Assembly (NCBI GenBank): GCA_024277755.1
Contig: JAJRUN010000126.1
Location: 12 to 64,011, forward strand
Length of the DNA: 64,000 bases
From: Gammaproteobacteria bacterium
GTDB lineage: Bacteria > Pseudomonadota > Gammaproteobacteria > Tenderiales > Tenderiaceae
Direction of reading: 5' to 3'
Both the position numbers and the translations under genes were made by a program. Each line of letters starts with the position of its first letter. Position 1 is the stretch's first letter. Positions 59,187-64,000 of this stretch are shown here, in pieces. Below the pieces are notes generated by a model, which was given only the letters and a program-made list of their open reading frames with translations, was not told where the DNA came from and did not search any database.

Positions 59187-60032
59187 CTACTGGCGATCGT
59201 CCTTTTTTTCTGTCATCTGTAACAACATGCCTTCCATTCTCTCCAAGCGCTTCTCCATCTCGGCGGTGTGTTCTTTGATCCAATGCACTTCACCGGCTTC
59301 ACCCTTACCTTCTTCGCGATTATATTTTTCATGCTCCTGCTGCATCACATCCAGCACCACACCAATCATCATATTCAAAAAAACAAACGCGGTCAGAAAG
59401 ATAAAGGTGAGATAAAAAGCCCAACTATACGGATAGACCTCCATGGTCTCATACATGACGTCGGTCCAATCCTCAAAGGTGGCAACGCGAAACAGGGTCA
59501 ACATGGAGATGGTGATATCCCCCCACAACACCGGATTGATCTTTTCAAACCAAAAACTACCGACAGCGCCGTAGATGTAAAAGATGATAAACATCAATAC
59601 CACCACATAACCGATACGCGGAATGGCCTTGACCAAGGCGTCCATCAGGATGCGCAATTCAGGCACCATGGAAACCAGACGCAAGACCCTGAATATGCGC
59701 AACAACCGCGCCAGCAGGACCATTTCACTTTCTTCGATCGGAATCAGACTGGCGGTGACAATGAGAAAGTCGAAAATATTCCAGCCCTTCTTGAAAAAAT
59801 CCCTGAATTTTTCTTCCGCGGCCATGCGGATCAGCAATTCAACCAGAAAAAACACCGTGACAGCAACATCAAAAAATGTCAGCACATTAATCCAGGCGGG
59901 ACTAATGTCGTAGGTGGTCGCGCCAATCATCATCGCCGAAAAAATAATGATGGCCATGACAGTCATTTCAAAAATTTTATTACTGCGGATAGCGAGAAAG
60001 CGTGCCTTCAGGTCCATCGTTTCCACACTCAT
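59187..60032 (-). CDS. Single-domain voltage-gated cation channel of the BacNav (NaChBac) family
   Basis: 281 aa with 6 TM segments. S4 has Arg every third residue (RLLRIFRVLRLV). Pore TLFRVATFEDWTDVMY. C-terminal coiled coil (EKRLERMEGMLLQM). Confidence 0.85.
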   Translation of the reverse strand: MSVETMDLKARFLAIRSNKIFEMTVMAIIIFSAMMIGATTYDISPAWINVLTFFDVAVTVFFLVELLIRMAAEEKFRDFFKKGWNIFDFLIVTASLIPIEESEMVLLARLLRIFRVLRLVSMVPELRILMDALVKAIPRIGYVVVLMFIIFYIYGAVGSFWFEKINPVLWGDITISMLTLFRVATFEDWTDVMYETMEVYPYSWAFYLTFIFLTAFVFLNMMIGVVLDVMQQEHEKYNREEGKGEAGEVHWIKEHTAEMEKRLERMEGMLLQMTEKKDDRQ

Positions 60033-60057
60033 GTATTTAAACTCCGTTATGGTGACT

Positions 60058-60249
60058 GTAAACTATTCAGCACCCTTAAAAAACCTCTGTGACTGTTCAG
60101 ATTGCTCCTGAGATTCGCCAGTTCACCAACAGCAGGTGCTTGAGGCGAGGCGAAAAATGTGAGGTTACAAGTGTAAATGATCATTTTTCTAGTACCCCTT
60201 GAGGGTAAACGCAGCAATGGCGAATTTCAGGGGTAAGCTGAATAGTTAC
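60058..60249. other. ~190-nt nested inverted-repeat element (candidate structured RNA or MITE remnant) between rpoH and the channel gene
   Basis: 60219-60249 pairs continuously with 60102-60119 (18 bp, 3 of them G-U on the plus strand) and with 60058-60071 (13 bp, one bulge). Internal hairpins occur at 60152-60189 and 60193-60207. Confidence 0.45.
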
Positions 60250-60261
60250 CTGTGACTCAAC

Positions 60262-60286
60262 AAAAAACCGGACGCAGGGCCCGGTT
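60262..60286 (-). terminator. Rho-independent terminator after rpoH
   Basis: The minus strand reads AACCGG-gccctgcgt-CCGGTT followed by TTTTTG. Confidence 0.6.
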
Positions 60287-60315
60287 CGTTTGCGAAAAGC
60301 TTAACCTTATTTAGT

Positions 60316-61167
60316 TTAGCTGGCCATCGCCTTTTTCAGTTTCTTGATGGCATTGGCTTCCAGCTGCCGAATACGCTCGGCTGAAACGCCGTATTGATCC
60401 GCCAACTCGTGCAGGGTTGCCTTTTTATCCACCAACCAGCGGCTGTGCAGAATATCGAGACTACGGGCATCCAGCTGCGATAAAGCATCACGTAGCTGTT
60501 GCTGATTCTGTGCCTGCCACTGGCTATCTTCCAGCTCTTTGGCAGGATCTGGACGATGATCACTCAAATAAGCCGCCGGTGTAACAGCTGCCTCATCATC
60601 ACTATCATTGGTGTATGGATCAAATGCAGCATCGCGGGAATTGAGACGGGTTTCCATCTCGCGCACATTGTCTGTGGTAACCCCCAGGTCATTGGCGATG
60701 CTGGAAATCTCGTCCTCATTCATCAAGCCAAGACGGGCGCGGGCCTTACGCAGATTAAAAAACAGTTTGCGCTGTGCCTTGGTAGTGGCAACTTTGACAA
60801 TGCGCCAGTTACGCAACACATATTCATGAATCTCGGCCTTGATCCAGTGCACGGCAAAAGAGACCAGACGCACATTCATGTCAGGATTAAAACGCTTAAC
60901 AGCCTTCATCAAACCGATACTGCCTTCCTGGATCAGGTCGGCCTCGGGCAAACCATAGCCACGGTAGCCACGGGCAATATAGGCAACAAAACGCAGGTTG
61001 GACAACACCAGGCGACGTGCAGCCTCCAAGTCATTTTCATCACGTAAACGAATGGCCAGTTCTCGCTCTTCCTCGGCACTCAGTACATGAATGCGCGCAG
61101 CAGCGCCCAGATAGGCCTCAATGCTGTGGGTTGGAAGGGCCAGAGCCAAATCCAAGCTTTTACTCAT
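60316..61167 (-). CDS. rpoH: RNA polymerase sigma-32 (heat-shock sigma factor)
   Basis: 283 aa with the RpoH box [11 protein letters not shown] and sigma-70 regions 2 and 4. Conserved ftsYEX-rpoH order. Confidence 0.95.
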   Translation of the reverse strand: MSKSLDLALALPTHSIEAYLGAAARIHVLSAEEERELAIRLRDENDLEAARRLVLSNLRFVAYIARGYRGYGLPEADLIQEGSIGLMKAVKRFNPDMNVRLVSFAVHWIKAEIHEYVLRNWRIVKVATTKAQRKLFFNLRKARARLGLMNEDEISSIANDLGVTTDNVREMETRLNSRDAAFDPYTNDSDDEAAVTPAAYLSDHRPDPAKELEDSQWQAQNQQQLRDALSQLDARSLDILHSRWLVDKKATLHELADQYGVSAERIRQLEANAIKKLKKAMAS

Positions 61168-61344
61168 ATCTGCATTTACCTCTTTGTCAGTTTCCAGCGT
61201 TTATGTGTAGACCTTGTGGCGGGCTTGTTTTAACCCCGGCCTGTCAGTCGCACTTCAAATTCCTGCTAAATATTCTAGCAGTCATACCCTGTGAGTGCCA
61301 ATCCGAACAAAAGTTCCCACAACAAATAAAATAAAATCAATAAG

Positions 61345-62352
61345 TTAAGAAGGTTCTATAGCACGCAGATGCCGCCCCGTGGCCAGCCAGGCACCCAATA
61401 AACCAAACAATGGTCCCAAGACCAATAATAATAGAGTGGTCTTGGTGTCAACCAGACCAAGGGAAAAATCACTGCCATAAAGTTCGGCCAATTGCCGCAC
61501 CGGCTGATCCAGATTCACCAACAGCACATTCACCAGCAACCAGGCCAGCAGGCCACCGAACAGACCAAACCACATACCATTATATAAGAATGGCCTGCGA
61601 ACAAAGGCATCACTACCGCCAATAAGCTTAATCACCTCAATCTCGTCATGACGACTCTGAATCGCCAGGCGAATGGTATTGCCAATAACAAACAACACTG
61701 CCAGGGCCAACAAGCCACCCAACAACAGCACAGCCCGTTCAGCCAGACGGATTAAGCCATGCAGGCGCTGCAACCATTCCAGATCCAGCTGAGCCAGATC
61801 CACTTCAGGTAGCTGAGACAGACGCTGCCGCAATGTCTCCACAGCAGCAGGCGTCTGAAACGCCAGCGCCGGGCTGACCAGCATCACCCCGGGCAACGGA
61901 TTCTGATCCAGAAACGCCAAGGCATCCCCCAGGCCTGATGTTTGTTTAAATTCCTCCAGCGCTTGCTCCGGACTGATATATTCGAGGCTGCCGATCTCGG
62001 GCCAGCTATTTAATTCTGTCGTCAAGCCACCCAGCGCCTGAGCTGGCAGTTTGACCTTCAAAAACAGCGACACTTGAGCTGACTCCTGCCAACTCGCACC
62101 CAAATTATCAACCTTATTGAGAAAGACATGCAGAGTTGCAGGCAAGGCCAGCGCAATACCAATCACCATAGTGGTCATCAGATTACCGCTTAATGAACGT
62201 CCCAGCTGCGCCAGGGTGGTGGTGAGCACATGAAAGTGCAAGGCAAAATAATTCCGAAGACGCTGCTTCAGCCCCGTACGACTGCGCTGTGCAGCAGGTC
62301 TTGACGGGGGTTGAACCTGTTTAAGTGCCACCGAGTCCCCCTTGGTCAGCAA
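61345..62352 (-). CDS. ftsX: Cell division ABC transporter permease-like protein FtsX
   Basis: 335 aa with 4 TM segments and a large first periplasmic loop. It overlaps the ftsE stop; the start is uncertain (tracked TTG at 62352 or GTG at 62331). Confidence 0.88.
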   Translation of the reverse strand: MLTKGDSVALKQVQPPSRPAAQRSRTGLKQRLRNYFALHFHVLTTTLAQLGRSLSGNLMTTMVIGIALALPATLHVFLNKVDNLGASWQESAQVSLFLKVKLPAQALGGLTTELNSWPEIGSLEYISPEQALEEFKQTSGLGDALAFLDQNPLPGVMLVSPALAFQTPAAVETLRQRLSQLPEVDLAQLDLEWLQRLHGLIRLAERAVLLLGGLLALAVLFVIGNTIRLAIQSRHDEIEVIKLIGGSDAFVRRPFLYNGMWFGLFGGLLAWLLVNVLLVNLDQPVRQLAELYGSDFSLGLVDTKTTLLLLVLGPLFGLLGAWLATGRHLRAIEPS

Positions 62353-63001
62353 GCAGACGCCCCTTGCTCAATACCATGATGCGTTTATCCATCGCACCAA
62401 TCAGCTCCAGATCATGCGAAGCAATCAGCACCGTCACCCCCACCTGATTAAACTGTTCAAACAGCAGCATGATCTCGCGCGACAAAGCAGGATCAAGGTT
62501 ACCGGTGGGTTCATCAGCAATCAGCACCTTGGGACGATTCACCACCGCCCGGGCAATGCCAACCCTTTGCCGCTCGCCACCAGACAGATAAACCGGAAAG
62601 TCATTTTCCCGTTGCAGCAACCCCACCTTGTCCAGCGCCGCCCTGACTCGTCGCCCGGCTTCGCGTGGATGATGCAGCCCTGAAACCAGCAGAGGCAAGG
62701 CAACGTTATCAAAAACAGTACGATCATTGAGCAGTTTGCTATCTTGAAAAATGACACCTATGTCACGCCGCAAAGCCGGAATCTTGCGCCGTTTCACCTG
62801 TGCCAGCGGCCTTTCATCAATAGTAACGCTACCGGCACTGGGACGTTCGATCAGGGGGATCATCTTCAACAAGGTGCTTTTACCGGCGCCGGAGTGGCCG
62901 GTGAGAAAGGCCATCTCAGCCTTTGCAATATGCAAGCTAACATCCTTCAAGGCTTCAAAGCCGTTGGAATAACGTTTGCTGACATTACTGAACTGGATCA
63001 T
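62321..63001 (-). CDS. ftsE: Cell division ATP-binding protein FtsE
   Basis: 226 aa. Walker A GHSGAGKST, ABC signature LSGGERQR, Walker B VLIADEPTG. Confidence 0.95.
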   Translation of the reverse strand: MIQFSNVSKRYSNGFEALKDVSLHIAKAEMAFLTGHSGAGKSTLLKMIPLIERPSAGSVTIDERPLAQVKRRKIPALRRDIGVIFQDSKLLNDRTVFDNVALPLLVSGLHHPREAGRRVRAALDKVGLLQRENDFPVYLSGGERQRVGIARAVVNRPKVLIADEPTGNLDPALSREIMLLFEQFNQVGVTVLIASHDLELIGAMDKRIMVLSKGRLLADQGGLGGT

Positions 63002-63258
63002 GCCTGTTTGATTAACCTAGAATTCCCAGTTGGGTGGAGTCAAATATGGCTCACCCAAAAGGTGAAGCAGTGAGTCGACATCAATTGCTTTTATTTCAGT
63101 CACCTAGTATCAGAATGAAGCAATCAACTGAGGAACCCAAGTTTAAATCTCGCACACCATTATCAAATATAAATGAGAGCCTGAATGCAACGCAGTGCCA
63201 AAAGGGGGGGCCAAATAACACTACATTCCATTCAGACTACACAACCTTGAGGGGCTTA

Positions 63259-64000
63259 TTACCCCTCGACACTCTCTGGCTTAACCAGCAGCGCATCAAT
63301 AAACTCTTCGGCATTGAAATCACGCAGATCATCGATGCCTTCACCAATGCCAATCAGGCGAATCGGCAGTCCAAGCTTTTTGGCAATGGCAAACACCACG
63401 CCGCCCTTGGCTGTACCATCAAGTTTGGTCAGCACAAGCCCGGACACATTCACCGCCTTGTGGAACTGCTCGGCCTGAATAACCGCATTCTGACCAATAC
63501 CACCATCAAGCACCAGCATTACCTCGTGCGGTGTATTTTCATCCAGCTTGCCCATCACCCGTTTAACCTTCTTCAGCTCTTCCATCAGGTTGGCCTGAGT
63601 ATGCAGACGCCCGGCAGTATCAACAATCAGAATATCGACTTTACGCGCCTTGGCCGCCTGCACGGCATCGTAAGCCACTGAAGCGGGATCAGAGCTGCGT
63701 TGCTGCGCGACAACCGGGATGTTATTACGCTCACCCCAAATTTGTAACTGCTCTACCGCAGCAGCACGAAAGGTATCTCCCGCCGCCAGCATCACCGATT
63801 TTCCCTGGCGCTGAAAACGTTTGGCCAGTTTACCGATGGTAGTGGTCTTGCCTGCACCATTGATGCCAACCATCAGAATCACATACGGTTCAGACTGATT
63901 TTCGATCACCAGCGGCTGGCTCACAGGGGTCAGAATTTCGAGCATATTTTCGCGCAGAGCGGCAAACAAGGCATCAACATCACCCAGCTGTTTGCGTTTC
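63259..64000 (-). CDS. ftsY: Signal recognition particle receptor FtsY, C-terminal NG domain (5' end beyond right edge)
   Basis: The frame stays open to the window edge. GINGAGKTTTIGKLA, DTAGRL, TKLDGTAKGG. Confidence 0.93.
   Translation of the reverse strand, partial: KRKQLGDVDALFAALRENMLEILTPVSQPLVIENQSEPYVILMVGINGAGKTTTIGKLAKRFQRQGKSVMLAAGDTFRAAAVEQLQIWGERNNIPVVAQQRSSDPASVAYDAVQAAKARKVDILIVDTAGRLHTQANLMEELKKVKRVMGKLDENTPHEVMLVLDGGIGQNAVIQAEQFHKAVNVSGLVLTKLDGTAKGGVVFAIAKKLGLPIRLIGIGEGIDDLRDFNAEEFIDALLVKPESVEG

Noticed and set aside
59268-60092. 274-aa plus-strand ORF
   Set aside because: It is a mirror frame of the BacNav channel gene. It is His/Gln/Lys-rich and non-hydrophobic, while the minus strand shows S4 and pore motifs.
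63002-63258. Unusually long (257-nt) ftsY-ftsE spacer containing a G7 run (63204-63210) and short hairpins
   Set aside because: It has no ORF with a start signal and no convincing structure or promoter match. A 7-mer homopolymer is expected by chance several times in a window this size.
63034-63681. 215-aa plus-strand ORF
   Set aside because: It is mostly antisense to the ftsY NG domain, and the remainder lies in the spacer. No motifs are present.

Overview
This 64-kb chromosomal window has gammaproteobacterial gene content and order and is almost fully coding. The left third is housekeeping (ispH 5' end, lspA, ileS, ribF, murJ, rpsT, proB, obg, rpmA, rplU, ispB), followed by an orphan binding-protein/hybrid-kinase pair. 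The centre is a type IV pilus locus: a small Zn-ribbon membrane protein, pilS, pilR, a sigma-54-driven pilA, then pilB-pilC-pilD-coaE-zapD-yacG. A roughly 14-kb, visibly A+T-richer glycosylation island splits this locus. It holds two tandem paralogous GT-C/TPR membrane glycosyltransferases and a polyprenyl-phosphate-type GT2 directly behind pilA. On the opposite strand it holds a CDP-hexose pathway with three methyltransferases, a flippase-like protein and a second GT2. In the right third, bioBFHC is separated from bioD by a ~5.9-kb insert carrying a nonsense-interrupted PP2C/Ser-Thr-kinase fusion, an FNT channel, rubredoxin reductase, rubredoxin, rubrerythrin and oxyR. Next come a frameshifted LRR lipoprotein, a 1268-aa S8 peptidase lipoprotein, a DMT transporter, an SCO protein, a BacNav-type channel with an acidic FEDWTD filter, rpoH and ftsYEX. 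I recognised no rRNA, tRNA, CRISPR, transposase or integrase genes. The two most notable observations are the pilin-linked GT-C glycosylation module and four 9-nt G/C homopolymer tracts. The tracts lie in pilB, the pilA promoter region, a sugar methyltransferase and the hybrid kinase, and may be phase-variation switches. All functional calls rest on motif recognition by eye; no database search was possible.
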